The notes: generated from the letters alone by a model not told the origin. Positions 1 to 10,645 are shown, numbered from the stretch's first letter. The stretch: DNA of 64,000 bases from an uncultured Acidobacteriota bacterium (GCA_963805975.1 CAWDVR010000004.1:352001-416000), one strand, 5' to 3'. Numbers and translations: made by a program.

Positions 1-2441
1 CGTATTCGGCCAGGAAGGGCGCCAGCGCCTGCTCGAGGCGCTCGGCGTTCCACACCTCCTCGGGGGTCGCCTCCGGGCCGGGGCGGACCCAGAGCGCCGC
101 CTCCTCGTAGTTGCCCTGGGCCAGGGCCCGCACGAGCTGGTGCATCTCGGCCCGCACGCGGGCGGCGAAGACTTTGGGGTTGTCGAGCAGCTCGTGGGCC
201 CGGGCCACGGCGCGCTCGCTCTCCCGCGCCCGGTCGGGCTCGAAGCGCCACTCCGGATGGAGCAAATTCTCCCACTCCTCGAGCAGGCTGGTGTCGGTGT
301 GCTCGATGACGGCGCGCAGGAACCCCTCGACGTCGATCAGCTCCTCGCTCTTGGCCTGGGTGGGGACGCTCTGGGCGAGCGTCTTGTAGAGCTGCGAGAG
401 GTAGCGCAGCAGCACGCCCTCGCTGCGCTCCAGGCCGTAGTGGCGCACGTAGTCGGTGAAGCTCCAGTAGCCCTCGTAGAGCTCGCGGCCGATCGACTTC
501 GGCCGGATGTTCTCGGACAGTCACCCAGGGGTGCTCGTCGCGGAAGCGGTTGAAGGTCCCGTAGATGAACTCGGCGTTGGGCTTCGGGTGGGTGACCTCC
601 TGGAGCCTCTCCATCCGCTCCTCGTACTCGACGCCCTCGGCCTTGAGCTTCGCCACCAGGTCGCCCTTGGCGCGGTCGATCTGCTTGTAGAGGACGGCGT
701 GCGGGTCCTCGAGGATGGACTCGACCAGGGTCACGAGGTCGAGGGCGTAGCTGGGGGAGGACTTGTCGAGGAGGCCCAGGGTCTCGACCATGTAGAGCGA
801 GAGCGTGTGGAAGAGCGAGAAGTCCCACTGCAAGTCTTCGGAGATCGTCACCCAGAAGTAGCGGGTGCGGGTGTCGCGCGTCATGCGGATCAGGCCGGCG
901 CGGTAGAGCGAGCGCACCAGCACCGCCGCCTCGCGCACCAGCTCGGCCTTGCGCTTGTCGTCCTCGTGGCTGCCGGCGATGAGGCGGCGCAGCGAGTCGA
1001 AGTTCTCGGCGTCCGGGTCGTTGGCCTCGGCGTCGTGCTGCAGCAGGTTCATCACCATGCTGTGGGTGAGGCGGAAGCGCGACACCAGCATCTCCGGCGG
1101 GCGCGTGATCAGTTTCTCGAAGGTCTCCCGGTTCCAGGGCACGAAGCCCTTCACCGGCGGCTTCTTCTTCACCAGGTTCTTCTTGCCGCCGGCCGCGAGC
1201 TTGGCGTCGATGCGTTTGTTTTCGATCACGTGCTCGGGCGCCTGGGAGACGACGCTGCCCTGGACGTCGAAGCCCTTCCTGCCGGCACGGCCGGCGATCT
1301 GCTTGAAGTCGCGCACCGAGAGGATCGCCGTCTTCTCGCCGTCGAACTTGCAGAGCTTCGAGAACAGCACGGTGCGGATCGGGATGTTGACCCCCACGCC
1401 CAGGGTGTCGGTGCCGCAGATCACCTTGAGCAGGCCCTGCTGCGAAAGCTGCTCGACCAGCAGCCGGTACTTGGGCAGGAGGCCCGCGTGGTGGACGCCG
1501 ATGCCAAAGGCGAGGAAGCGCCGGATCTCCTTGCCGTAGGGCGTGTCGAAGCGGAAGTCGGCGATCGCCTCGACGATCCGCTTGCGGTCTTCTTTGCCCG
1601 CGACCTTCATGCTGGTCAGGTCCTGGGCCAGCTCGGCGCACTCGCGCTGGGTGAAGCTCACGATGTAGATCGGCGCCTTGCCGCTCTCGACCAGCCCCTC
1701 GACCGTCTCGTGCATCGGCGTTTCGCGGTACTCGTAGTCGAGCGGCACCGGCCGCTCCTCGGAGGAGACCAGCGCCACCTCGCGCCCGGTGTCTCGTGCC
1801 AGCCGCTCGGCGATCGGCGCCATGTTGCCGAGCGTCGCGGACATCAGGAGGAAGGTGCTCCTGGGGAGCGTGATGAGCGGCACCTGCCAGGCGATCCCGC
1901 GCTCGGCGTCGGCGTAGTAGTGGAACTCGTCCATCACCACGTAGACCGCGTCCGCCCCCTGGCCGCGGCGCAGCGCCACGTCGCGCAGCGACGAGTTCAT
2001 CAGCACCTCGGCCGTGCAGCAGAGGACCGGCGCACGGCCGTTGATCGAAGCGTCGCCGGTCAGCATGCCGACGCGCTCGGCGCCGAGGTCCTGGCAGAGA
2101 GCGAAGAACTTCTCGGAGGCCAGGGCCTTGATCGGCGAGGTGTAGTACGAGGTGTGGCCCTCGCACAGCGCCTTGAAGTGCATCCCCAGCGCCACCAGCG
2201 ACTTGCCGGAGCCGGTCGGCGTGTTGAGGATCACGTGCTTGCCGGCCATCAGCTCGAGGAGCGCCTCCTCCTGCGCCGGATAGAGCGTGAGACCGGTGTC
2301 CGCCACCCAGCCCAGGAAGAGGTCGAGGATGCGGTCGGGGTCGCGTGTCCCGCCCTCGGGTACCCGCTCGCCCAGGGAGGGAAAGGGGGCTGCGGCCGCC
2401 CTGGTCGCTGCCGGTTCGGAGAGTGTGTCGAGATCCGCCAT
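1..2441 (-). CDS. DEAD/DEAH-box (Ski2/HelY-like, DUF3516-type) helicase; 3' end runs off the window; one apparent +1 frameshift near 521
   Basis: Manual translation from ATG 2441 gives TPTGSGKS (Walker A), [34 protein letters not shown] and QIAGRAGR. After HPWV an extra base shifts the frame, which resumes [17 protein letters not shown]. Not in the ORF track. Confidence 0.85.
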   Translation of the reverse strand, partial: MADLDTLSEPAATRAAAAPFPSLGERVPEGGTRDPDRILDLFLGWVADTGLTLYPAQEEALLELMAGKHVILNTPTGSGKSLVALGMHFKALCEGHTSYYTSPIKALASEKFFALCQDLGAERVGMLTGDASINGRAPVLCCTAEVLMNSSLRDVALRRGQGADAVYVVMDEFHYYADAERGIAWQVPLITLPRSTFLLMSATLGNMAPIAERLARDTGREVALVSSEERPVPLDYEYRETPMHETVEGLVESGKAPIYIVSFTQRECAELAQDLTSMKVAGKEDRKRIVEAIADFRFDTPYGKEIRRFLAFGIGVHHAGLLPKYRLLVEQLSQQGLLKVICGTDTLGVGVNIPIRTVLFSKLCKFDGEKTAILSVRDFKQIAGRAGRKGFDVQGSVVSQAPEHVIENKRIDAKLAAGGKKNLVKKKPPVKGFVPWNRETFEKLITRPPEMLVSRFRLTHSMVMNLLQHDAEANDPDAENFDSLRRLIAGSHEDDKRKAELVREAAVLVRSLYRAGLIRMTRDTRTRYFWVTISEDLQWDFSLFHTLSLYMVETLGLLDKSSPSYALDLVTLVESILEDPHAVLYKQIDRAKGDLVAKLKAEGVEYEERMERLQEVTHPKPNAEFIYGTFNRFRDEHPWVTVREHPAEVDRPRALRGLLELHRLRAPLRPGAQRGRAAALPLAALQDARPERPHPGQERGADRRRGVPARRHRAHRHQPARGVGEFAPSGVALRARPGAGERARRGPGPRAARQPQSLRRPRAGRDAPARAGPGPGQLRGGGALGPPRPGGDPRGGVERRAPRAGAGALPGRI

Positions 2442-2452
2442 CGAGCTGGTGC

Positions 2453-2866
2453 TCAGGCCAACAGCGTGACCCATGGAAGCTCTTCTCGGACTTTCATCCA
2501 GAGGGCCCGATCTGCCGTGACGAGCTCGCAATCCAATTGCCGTGCGAGCACCACGAAGACGGCATCGTAGGGTGAGATCTGGTAGCGATAGGCGGTCTCG
2601 AGACCTGCCGGCAGCAGGTCGCTCGTGGCGAAGACCTGGAGCGGGAGGGTCACCGCCTTCTGATACATCTGCAAGGCCAGCGCTGCGGACAGACCGTTAC
2701 GGCGCTGCACCCAGAAAATGCTCGACAGCTCGACAAAGAGCAGCGAAGGAGCGCTCAGGCGGGCTTTCTCCTCCAGCAGGGCTTTCAGATAGGTCTCCGC
2801 CGCTTCGGAACCCTCCTCGGCCAGGAACCACTTGGCAACGACGCTGGTATCGAGGACGACCGTCAC
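2453..2866 (-). CDS. vapC: VapC-family PIN-domain toxin
   Basis: [11 protein letters not shown] at N-terminus, [11 protein letters not shown] and [11 protein letters not shown] motifs; 137 aa; overlaps upstream small gene by 4 nt. Confidence 0.9.
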   Translation of the reverse strand: MTVVLDTSVVAKWFLAEEGSEAAETYLKALLEEKARLSAPSLLFVELSSIFWVQRRNGLSAALALQMYQKAVTLPLQVFATSDLLPAGLETAYRYQISPYDAVFVVLARQLDCELVTADRALWMKVREELPWVTLLA

Positions 2867-3108
2867 CAGCCGTGATCCCTGGCCTCGCGGACGATCACCG
2901 CGCTGTCGGGCATCGGACCGGCGGCCTCCCGGAGGGCACGAATACTCTCGAGCAGATCCTCACCCCGTTCTGCAATCCCCAACTCGCTCGCCAGGAGGGT
3001 CCGCGCCAGCTCGGACATGCTGACCCGGCGGCGATGCGATTCCTTGCGCAGCGCGCGCAGCAGCCGATCGTCCAGCATGAGGTTCGTTCGCTTGAGGTCG
3101 GTTGCCAT
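2863..3108 (-). CDS. Ribbon-helix-helix (CopG/VapB-like) antitoxin
   Basis: 81 aa, KRTNLMLDDRLLRALRKES..VSMSELARTLL RHH pattern, C-terminal DSAVIVREARD typical of VapB; coupled to vapC. Confidence 0.8.
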   Translation of the reverse strand: MATDLKRTNLMLDDRLLRALRKESHRRRVSMSELARTLLASELGIAERGEDLLESIRALREAAGPMPDSAVIVREARDHGW

Positions 3109-3128
3109 GAGGATCCTCTACCTCGGGT

Positions 3129-3156
3129 TCCACATTATACACACCACTCCACACGC
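3129..3156 (-). promoter_or_regulatory. Putative -10 box (TATAAT) of the vapBC operon with TGTGGA repeats (possible RHH operator)
   Basis: Minus strand reads gtgtggagtggtgtgTATAATgtggaa; TATAAT at 3139-3134, about 25 nt before the ATG. Confidence 0.55.
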
Positions 3157-3168
3157 GAGACCCGCCGT

Positions 3169-4059
3169 TCACACCTGCAACCGTTGCATGTCCGCCGGCA
3201 GCGGCGAGCGGATCACCAGCCGCTCGCCGGTTCGTGGGTGGGGCAGCGCGAGCTCGGCGGCGTGGAGCAGGGGCCGGGCGGGGCCTCCCTCGCGGGCGCC
3301 GTAGAGACGGTCGCCGGCCACGGGAAAGCCCAGGTCGGCGAGATGAACGCGCACCTGGTGCGTGCGTCCCGTGGCGAGCCGGCACTCGACGCGGCTGAAG
3401 CGCTCGCCGCGCTCGACCACCACGATCTCGGTGGCCGCCGGCAGCCCGCCGGGTGCCACCTCGAAGCGCCAGGCGCCGCCGGCCACGCGGGCGATCGGCG
3501 CTTCCGCGAGCCGGCGCTCGAAGGGCGGCGCGCCCTCGACGATCGCCTCGTAGCGCCGTTCCACCTTTCCTGCCCTCCACGCGGCGGCGAGCGGCCCCAG
3601 GGCCTCCGGCGAGCGCGCGAAGAGCAGCAGGCCGCTGGTCATGCGGTCGATGCGGTGGACCAGCCGCACGAAGGCGCGCCGGCCCTCGCGGAGCGAGAGG
3701 CGGAGGAGGAGCAGCTCGTCGCAGGCCAGCTCGCCCGGCGAGCGAGCTTCGGCCGGCTGCGAGAGCATCCCGGCCGGCTTGTCGGCGGCGGCGAGATCGG
3801 CGTCCTCGTAGGCCAGGGGGAGCGGCGGCAGCTGGGGTTCCGCCGGGAGCCCCGGCGCCGGGTCGATCTCTAGGAGGTCGATCACATCGCCCGTCTCGAG
3901 CGCCCGCGACGCCACCTTGAGCGGTCGGCCGTTGCGCTGCACCTGGCCGGCAGCCAGGAGAGCACGCGCCTTGCGCCGCGAGATGGGCGTGGCCGCGGCC
4001 AGGAACTGGTCGGCGCGCAGCCCGGTGTGGTCGGGGAAGACGACGAGGCGGACCGGCAT
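3169..4059 (-). CDS. RluA/RluD-family pseudouridine synthase with S4 domain
   Basis: DKPAG, VHRIDRMTSGLLLFA and TGRTHQVRVHLA motifs; start placed at ATG 4059 (MPVRLVV). Confidence 0.9.
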   Translation of the reverse strand: MPVRLVVFPDHTGLRADQFLAAATPISRRKARALLAAGQVQRNGRPLKVASRALETGDVIDLLEIDPAPGLPAEPQLPPLPLAYEDADLAAADKPAGMLSQPAEARSPGELACDELLLLRLSLREGRRAFVRLVHRIDRMTSGLLLFARSPEALGPLAAAWRAGKVERRYEAIVEGAPPFERRLAEAPIARVAGGAWRFEVAPGGLPAATEIVVVERGERFSRVECRLATGRTHQVRVHLADLGFPVAGDRLYGAREGGPARPLLHAAELALPHPRTGERLVIRSPLPADMQRLQV

Positions 4060-4063
4060 GCCG

Positions 4064-5722
4064 CTACGGCGCCGGGCGGGGGGCCGGCGCGGCGGCGAGA
4101 TACGCCTTGGCCTCGGCCAGCGGGGCGAAGCCGGCGTCGGCGCTCTTCCAGATCGCGGCGAGCGTCGCATAGCGCTCGCGGGCGACCTCGCCTTTGCCGC
4201 CTTGGGCCGCGGCGCGGGCCGCGGCGAGGAGCGACGCCGGCCGCTTGGGGGTGCGCTCCAGGGCCTTGGCCAGCTCGGCCGCGGCTTCGTCGAAGCGCTT
4301 GGCCGCCAGCAGCTCCTCGCCGTAGAGCTCGTGCGCCGGCTTGATCGGCGTGGGTGGCCCCGAGGGGAAGCCCAGCCCGTCCTCGATCCGTGCCGCCTCG
4401 GCGAGCTCGGCCAGGCCCGCTTCGACCCGGCCGGCGCCGATCTCGGCCAGGCCGCTCACCTGGCGGGCCATGATGCGCAGCTCCTGGTCCGCCACGCTGT
4501 CGCCGCTCCCCGCCAGGGTCGAGAGCCGCTGGGCCACGTTCCGGGCCGCCTCCAGGTCTCCGCGGCGGGCCGCGGCATAGCCCGCGGCGAAGAGCTGGGT
4601 GGTGCCTTCTCCGGTGCCGTAAGAATGCGAGGCGTGCGCAGCGCAGGTTCCGATGGTTGCCTCTGGGGTCACCGCGGAGGCCGTCTCCACTCTCACGTTG
4701 CGCGCCAGGCCGCTCCCGGTCTCGACCGCCTGGCGCGCCGCCATCTGCTCGGCGGCCTCGGTGGCCCTCTTCTCTCCGCTCTGCTGCGCCGCCGCGAGGC
4801 CGGTCTCGAGCACCGCTTGCGCGTCCGTCAGGCGGCCGAGCTGAAGGTAGGCGTAGTGCAGCCAGCCCAGGCTGTGGAAGTCCCGCTTGCCGAGCGGGTG
4901 CGAGCGGCGCTCGACCCAGGCGACGGAGGCGTCGTAGGCCGCGATGTTCGAGGCCACGACTTCGTCCCAGATGCCGAGCTGCACGAAAATGTGGGATGGC
5001 ATGTGCAGGGCGTGGTGGGCGGCCGGGGCGATGCGCGCGTACACCCTCGCCGCCCGCAGGCCGAGCGGCGCGTGGATGGGGTCGTCGTAGGCGTGGATCA
5101 GGTAGTGGGCCGCCCCCGGGTGGTCCGGGTTGGCGGCGAAGACCTCCTCGAGGATCGCCGCCGAGCGCATGTTGAGCCGCGGGTCGGCGGCGCCCATGGG
5201 TTGCAGGCCCTGGAGCGATAGGGCGAAGAACGCCGCGGCCTCGTGGTCGTCCGGGTGAGCGGCAAAGAGCTTCTCGAGCGCCGCGGAGTAGGCGCGGTTG
5301 CGCTCGTCCCTCTCGCCCTCTCCGTAGAGCGCCTCGGCGGCTGCCAGGTACAGCTTCTCGCGCTCGGTGGGCGCCTTGGCGGCGCGCTCCGCCGCGGTCG
5401 CGCCCAGCTTGTCCAGCGCGGCCCGCCCGGCGTCGAGGTCGACTTCCCGCCAGATGGGATGGTTGTGGGTCATGGCCTCGCCCCAGTAGGCGAGGACGAA
5501 GCCGGGGTCGAGGCGCTCGGCCTCGCGGAAATAGTCGGCGGCCTCGTCGTACCAGAAGCTGTGGAGAGCGGCCAGGCCCTGCAGGAAGGCCTCCTGCGCC
5601 GCCGGCGCGCCGGAGGTGGGCATCTGGACCCGGCCGAGGCTCGCCCTCTCGGCCGCGGCGGTGCAGCTCCAGGAAGTGAGCGCGGCGACTGCCGCGGCAA
5701 GAACGATTCGTCGGATGAGCAT
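4064..5722 (-). CDS. Secreted tetratricopeptide-repeat protein
   Basis: Signal peptide, GLAALHSFWYDEA, HPGAAHYLIHAYD and HALHMPSHIF motifs of a widespread TPR family. Confidence 0.8.
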   Translation of the reverse strand: MLIRRIVLAAAVAALTSWSCTAAAERASLGRVQMPTSGAPAAQEAFLQGLAALHSFWYDEAADYFREAERLDPGFVLAYWGEAMTHNHPIWREVDLDAGRAALDKLGATAAERAAKAPTEREKLYLAAAEALYGEGERDERNRAYSAALEKLFAAHPDDHEAAAFFALSLQGLQPMGAADPRLNMRSAAILEEVFAANPDHPGAAHYLIHAYDDPIHAPLGLRAARVYARIAPAAHHALHMPSHIFVQLGIWDEVVASNIAAYDASVAWVERRSHPLGKRDFHSLGWLHYAYLQLGRLTDAQAVLETGLAAAQQSGEKRATEAAEQMAARQAVETGSGLARNVRVETASAVTPEATIGTCAAHASHSYGTGEGTTQLFAAGYAAARRGDLEAARNVAQRLSTLAGSGDSVADQELRIMARQVSGLAEIGAGRVEAGLAELAEAARIEDGLGFPSGPPTPIKPAHELYGEELLAAKRFDEAAAELAKALERTPKRPASLLAAARAAAQGGKGEVARERYATLAAIWKSADAGFAPLAEAKAYLAAAPAPRPAP

Positions 5723-5746
5723 GGCGATCTTCCTCTTCTCGGCTGC

Positions 5747-7012
5747 CTATCCCGGCAGCGCCCACATCGTCAGCGTGGAACGGTCCTTGACCAGCAGCCG
5801 CCGGCCGAGGACGGCGGGGGAGGCCCACGTCGCGCTCGTCGCCACGGGGTAGCGGGCCACCTCGGCGTAGGCGCTGCCGCCGGACTTGGCCACCACCAGC
5901 TCGCCGCCGTCGGTCGACACCAGGAGCAGGTCGCCGGCGGTGTAGACGGCGGCGTTCTCGGCCATCCGGCCCTCGTGGGTCCACGCGGTCTTGCCGGTCG
6001 CCGCGTCCAGGCAGAAGAGCTGCCCCTTGCGCTTGTGCGAGAGGCCGCAGACGCGCCCTCCCGCCTCGACCGGCGAGCTCATGTAGAGCGCGACGTCCTC
6101 GTTCTTCCACACCGGCTTGACCAGCCAGCCGCCCTCTACCCGCACCGGCCGGACGGCGGTGACGCCCTTGTCGATCCCCGAGTAGACGAGGTTGTCGCCC
6201 ACCACCAGCGGGGTGACGATGTTCTGCACGTACTCGGTCTCGAACGGGATCTTCCACAAGAGGGCACCGTCGGCGAGCGCCACCCCGGCCACCGAGGCCT
6301 GCATCTGCGTCACCACCTGCGGCACCCCGAACCAGCGCGCCACCACCGGCGTGGCATAGCCGGGCCCCTCCTCCGGCCGGCTCCAGACCTCGTTGCCGGT
6401 GGCGGTGTCGAGCGCCAGCAGGGCACCGCTCCCGGAGCCCCCCACGTGGACGATCAAGAGCTTGCCCTCGACGATCGGCGAGGTGGCGGTGCCGAAGTCC
6501 GGTGCGGTCTCCTTGAAGCGGCCGCGGAACTCTTTCCTCCACGCGAGGTCGCCGGTGGCGGCGTCCCAGGCCGAGAGGATGCCGCTAATGCCGAAGGTGT
6601 AGACACGGCCCCCCGCCACCACCGGGGTGGACTTGGGGCCCTTGCCGTGGCTCGTCGCCGCCGGGTTCATCTCGTAGGGAGTGGGGTAGCTCTTCTGCCA
6701 GACCACCTTGCCGTCGGCGAGCGAGATGGCGGTCGCCGTCTCCTGCTCGCCCCGGCGGGTGAAGGTGTAGGCGCGGTCGCCATCCGCCACCGGCGAGGCG
6801 TGGCCCTCCCCCACTTCGAGCTGCCAGACCTTGTCGAGCTTCGCCGGCCAGCTCGCGGGCGCGACGAAGCCCTCCAGCCGGCCGTCGCGCCCCGGCCCGC
6901 GCCAGCCGGGCCACTGCTGGCCGGTGCCGGCTCCAGCCAGCAGGGCGAGGCCCAGCCCGGCCGTCGCCAGCACCGCCGGCACTGTCTTCAGGGGGACCGG
7001 TCGCTGCTTCAT
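5747..7012 (-). CDS. PQQ-binding-like beta-propeller protein (BamB-like)
   Basis: Signal peptide, WPGWRGPGRDG, repeated D..TG...W propeller motifs. Confidence 0.85.
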   Translation of the reverse strand: MKQRPVPLKTVPAVLATAGLGLALLAGAGTGQQWPGWRGPGRDGRLEGFVAPASWPAKLDKVWQLEVGEGHASPVADGDRAYTFTRRGEQETATAISLADGKVVWQKSYPTPYEMNPAATSHGKGPKSTPVVAGGRVYTFGISGILSAWDAATGDLAWRKEFRGRFKETAPDFGTATSPIVEGKLLIVHVGGSGSGALLALDTATGNEVWSRPEEGPGYATPVVARWFGVPQVVTQMQASVAGVALADGALLWKIPFETEYVQNIVTPLVVGDNLVYSGIDKGVTAVRPVRVEGGWLVKPVWKNEDVALYMSSPVEAGGRVCGLSHKRKGQLFCLDAATGKTAWTHEGRMAENAAVYTAGDLLLVSTDGGELVVAKSGGSAYAEVARYPVATSATWASPAVLGRRLLVKDRSTLTMWALPG

Positions 7013-7129
7013 CGCATCCTTTCTACTACGGCTGTAGAATTTCGGTCAAACCGCGAGCGGCGGCCGGGATGTCCTTGATATGGTGCCCGCTCCCAAACCC
7101 GCCGCTCGACGCACCACGGAGACTCGACG

Positions 7130-9748
7130 ATGCCGCGCATGCTCAGCACTCTGACGGCAGGGCTCGCCCTGCTCGCCGCGGGGGTGATCGCCCGCGCCCA
7201 GGAGGCAACGACGGCCACTGCCGCGCCGTCGCCTCCGCCCGAGGTGACGCTCGAGCTCATCATGTCCGATCCCGACTGGCTTGGGAACCCACCCGAGAGC
7301 CCCTACTTCGCGGACGACGGCCGCTCGATCTTCTACTCGCAGAAGCGGCCCGGCGAAGAGGTGCGGGACCTGGTGCAGATCGACCTCGCGGGCCAGGTGC
7401 TGCGCACCGTGGCCCTTTCCGACTTGGGGGCCGTGGACGCCCCCGGCGGCTCCTTCTCGCTCGACCGGAAGCGCAAGGCCTTCGTGCGCGAGGGCGATCT
7501 CTTCGTCAAGGATCTCGAGAGCGGCGAGCTCCGGCAGCTCACCCGCACCGCCGAGCGCGAGCGCTCCCCGCTGTTTCTCACCGACGGCAGGAGCGTGGCT
7601 TTCCGGCGCGGCGACGCGATCTTCGTGCGCGACCTCGTGACCGGGCTCGAGCGCCAGACGGCCGATCTGAAGCTCGAGGTGGACCCGGAGAAGAAAGAGG
7701 AGAAGTTCGACTACCTGGCCGAGCAGCAGCCGCGGCTCCTCGAGTTCGTGCGCGAGACGAAAGAGAAGGAGGAGGCGCAGCGGGAGCGCGAGCTGGCGCT
7801 CCGCCGCGCGGACCCGACGCGCATCCCGCCGCCGTTCTACCTTGGCGACAAGGTCGAGATCCGCCAGATGTCGCTCTCACCCTCCGGTGAGTGGCTGCTG
7901 CTGGTGCTGGGAAAGAAGGACGAGGACGAGGGCAAGAAGGACCAGATGCCCAACTACGTGACCGCCAGCGGCTACGTGGAGACCAAGGAAGCGCGGAGCA
8001 AGGTGGGCACCGGCGAGGGCGTGAGCGAGAGCCTGCTGCTCGTCGACCTCGTCCGCGGCGAGAGCCATGCGCTCGCTCTCGACGGCCTGCCGGGCATCAC
8101 CGACGATCCGCTGCGCGAGATCCGCGAGAGGACCGAGGCGGCGCGCAAAGCGAAGAAGGAGACGAAGAGGAAGCGCGGGCTGGAGGAAGAAGACCTGCCG
8201 CCCGAGACCACGCCGCCGCCGGTCACGGAGGAAGCGGAGACGGATGCCACCGGCCTCGCCGCCACGGTGGAGCCCGGCCCGGAATCTCCCGACCCTGCCG
8301 CAGACCCTGCCGAGGAGAAGCCGGCGACGCCCAAGGCACGGCCCGTGCGGTTCACCGAACCGGTGTGGAGCGACGACGGCCGGCGCCTGGCGCTCTCCGC
8401 CTTCTCGGTCGACAACAAGGACCGCTGGATCGCCACCGTCGACTTCGAGAAGAAGGCGCTGGTGCCGCGGCACCATCTGCACGACGAGGCCTGGCTCGGC
8501 TGGGACTTCGACGAGCTGGGCTTCCTGCCGGATGGCGGGAAGCTCTGGTATCTGTCCGAGGAGAGCGGCTTCTCGCAGCTCTATCTGTTGGACCTTGGTT
8601 TGGACCTCACGGCAGACGGCGCTGCGTCACCCCGGCAGCTCACCTCGGGCGAGCAACTGGTCTCCGAGGTCCGCGCCTCACGCGACGGAGAGCACCTCTA
8701 CTACCTGGCCAACCCCGCTCATCCAGGCGTCTACGAGGTGTTCCGGGTCGCGGTCGAGAGCGGCGAGGTCGAGCCCCTGACCCGGCTCGGCGGGCTCAAC
8801 ACCTACCAGCTCTCGCTCGACGAGAAGCTGCTCCTGGTGGAGCACTCCGATGCTCTGCAGCCGGTGGAGCTCTATCTCCAGAGGAACGAGCCGGAGGCAT
8901 CCGCCACCCGCCTCACGCAGACGGTGAGCCCCCGGTTCGCGTCCATCGCCTGGACGCCACCGCAGTTCGTGCCCGTGCCCTCCACGCACGCCAGCCGACC
9001 CGTCCACTCGCGGCTCTATCTGCCGGCCGATGGGCCGGAGGGAGCCAGCCCCGCCTCGCGTCCGGCGGTGGTTTTCATCCACGGCGCCGGCTACCTCCAG
9101 AACGCGCACCAGGGCTGGTCCACCTACTTCCGCGAGTTCATGTTCCACACCTTCCTCACCCGCCACGGCTACGTGGTGCTGGACATGGACTACCGCGCCT
9201 CGTCCGGCTACGGCCGCGACTGGCGGACCGCGATCTACCGCCAGATGGGCACCCCCGAGGTGGAAGACCTGGAGGACGGCGTCGCCTACCTGGTCGCCGA
9301 GCACGGCGTGGACCCGGCGCGGATCGGCACCTACGGCGGCTCGTACGGCGGGTTCCTCACCCTGATGGCGCTGTTCAAGAAGCCCGACCTCTTCGCCGCC
9401 GGCGCTGCGCTGCGGCCGGTGACGGACTGGGCGCACTACAACCACCCCTACACCTCGTCGATCTTGAACACTCCCACCCTCGACCCCGAGGCCTACGAAC
9501 GCAGCTCACCCATCGAGTTCGCCGACGGCCTCGCCAAGCCGCTCCTGATCTGCGCCCCGATGCAGGACGACAACGTCTTCTTCCAGGACACCGTGCGCCT
9601 GGCGCAGCGGCTGATCGAGCTCGAGAAGGAGAACTGGGAGGTGGCGATCTTCCCGGTCGAGCCCCACGGCTTCCGCGAGCCCTCGTCCTGGCTCAACGAG
9701 TACCGGCGGATCTTCAAGCTGTTCGAGGAGAACGTCGGGCGCCGCTAG
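7130..9748 (+). CDS. S9 family peptidase (dipeptidyl/prolyl oligopeptidase-like), secreted
   Basis: GGSYGG nucleophile elbow, DDNV, VEPHGF catalytic His, N-terminal DPP-IV-like propeller, signal peptide. Confidence 0.9.
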   Translation: MPRMLSTLTAGLALLAAGVIARAQEATTATAAPSPPPEVTLELIMSDPDWLGNPPESPYFADDGRSIFYSQKRPGEEVRDLVQIDLAGQVLRTVALSDLGAVDAPGGSFSLDRKRKAFVREGDLFVKDLESGELRQLTRTAERERSPLFLTDGRSVAFRRGDAIFVRDLVTGLERQTADLKLEVDPEKKEEKFDYLAEQQPRLLEFVRETKEKEEAQRERELALRRADPTRIPPPFYLGDKVEIRQMSLSPSGEWLLLVLGKKDEDEGKKDQMPNYVTASGYVETKEARSKVGTGEGVSESLLLVDLVRGESHALALDGLPGITDDPLREIRERTEAARKAKKETKRKRGLEEEDLPPETTPPPVTEEAETDATGLAATVEPGPESPDPAADPAEEKPATPKARPVRFTEPVWSDDGRRLALSAFSVDNKDRWIATVDFEKKALVPRHHLHDEAWLGWDFDELGFLPDGGKLWYLSEESGFSQLYLLDLGLDLTADGAASPRQLTSGEQLVSEVRASRDGEHLYYLANPAHPGVYEVFRVAVESGEVEPLTRLGGLNTYQLSLDEKLLLVEHSDALQPVELYLQRNEPEASATRLTQTVSPRFASIAWTPPQFVPVPSTHASRPVHSRLYLPADGPEGASPASRPAVVFIHGAGYLQNAHQGWSTYFREFMFHTFLTRHGYVVLDMDYRASSGYGRDWRTAIYRQMGTPEVEDLEDGVAYLVAEHGVDPARIGTYGGSYGGFLTLMALFKKPDLFAAGAALRPVTDWAHYNHPYTSSILNTPTLDPEAYERSSPIEFADGLAKPLLICAPMQDDNVFFQDTVRLAQRLIELEKENWEVAIFPVEPHGFREPSSWLNEYRRIFKLFEENVGRR

Positions 9749-9879
9749 GGAGACCTGCCTCGAGGGCGATCTGCTCCGTCGCGGGTCCTTCCGGAAACCG
9801 GATGGTTCCAGAGTAGACTCGGTGATCGAGCCGCTCCGTCATCGAAACACCGCCGCCCAGCGGTTCGAGGAGGCTTGCC

Positions 9880-10620
9880 TTGGCCCAGAAGCCGCCTGCT
9901 CCACTCCGTCCTCCCGCTTTCCCGGCTCGTGCTCTGGCCGCTCATGTGCAGAGAGCCGTCCTGCGAGCGGTCCAAGCCAAGCTGCCGGAGCGGCCGGCAT
10001 CGACCGCCGGCACGACAGCCCAGCCGAACGCTCACTCCTCAGTGCCGGCCGCACGACCCTTGGCGCCCCACGTGCGGGCCGCGGTGGTGCGGGCGGCACA
10101 AACCAAGCCCCTGAGCCGCGCGGCTCTCCAACCCAGTGCCGTCGGCCGGCTGGGCGATCCCAGCAGGGCCCTGGGTACGCGATCCACGCTGCGACCGATC
10201 TCGGCCAAGGCCGTGATCCAGCGCGCCGCAATATCGGATGACGAGGATGACGAGATCGCGGCCATCTTTGCGGGCAATGTCCAGCATCGAGCTCCGGAGG
10301 AGCTCAAGAAGCTCCTCGGGGGTAGCTTTCCCACTATCATGGTCGCAGACAACTACTTGACGCGATGCTCGGCCGCCGAGATCGACGCTCTCTACGGCTT
10401 CGCAGTCACGCTCTCGAGCGGCCGGGCGCCGCGCGGATCCATCTTCGAGGATTTCAAGGCCAAGTTCACGTCAGCTCCTAGCAAGTACATCGCCGAACTC
10501 ATGTTCGTGAACACTCCTGCCTGGGACTTCGGCGAGGTGTCGGCGAGCGGCCAACAGATCCTCACCTACAGCAAGACGACGTGGGACACGAAGGGAACGA
10601 CCCTGGACGCGAAGGACTAG
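9880..10620 (+). CDS. Hypothetical protein: low-complexity repeat N-terminus ending in VIQR plus an unrecognised C-terminal domain
   Basis: GAGGAGG Shine-Dalgarno 6 nt before TTG 9880; 246 aa ORF filling the gap between peptidase and methyltransferase. Confidence 0.65.
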   Translation: MAQKPPAPLRPPAFPARALAAHVQRAVLRAVQAKLPERPASTAGTTAQPNAHSSVPAARPLAPHVRAAVVRAAQTKPLSRAALQPSAVGRLGDPSRALGTRSTLRPISAKAVIQRAAISDDEDDEIAAIFAGNVQHRAPEELKKLLGGSFPTIMVADNYLTRCSAAEIDALYGFAVTLSSGRAPRGSIFEDFKAKFTSAPSKYIAELMFVNTPAWDFGEVSASGQQILTYSKTTWDTKGTTLDAKD

Positions 10621-10645
10621 CTCTGCTGCGGAGATGGCGAAGCGG

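Noticed and set aside
1960-2000. Short apparent insertion ([12 protein letters not shown]) before the helicase DEFH motif with a repeated cgctgcgc
   Set aside because: In frame and small; natural variation cannot be told from a strain-chimeric consensus without alignment
507-2570. Long + strand ORFs (687 aa etc.) and the 337..2166 minus ORF
   Set aside because: Antisense or off-frame shadows of the helicase in high-GC DNA; no motifs
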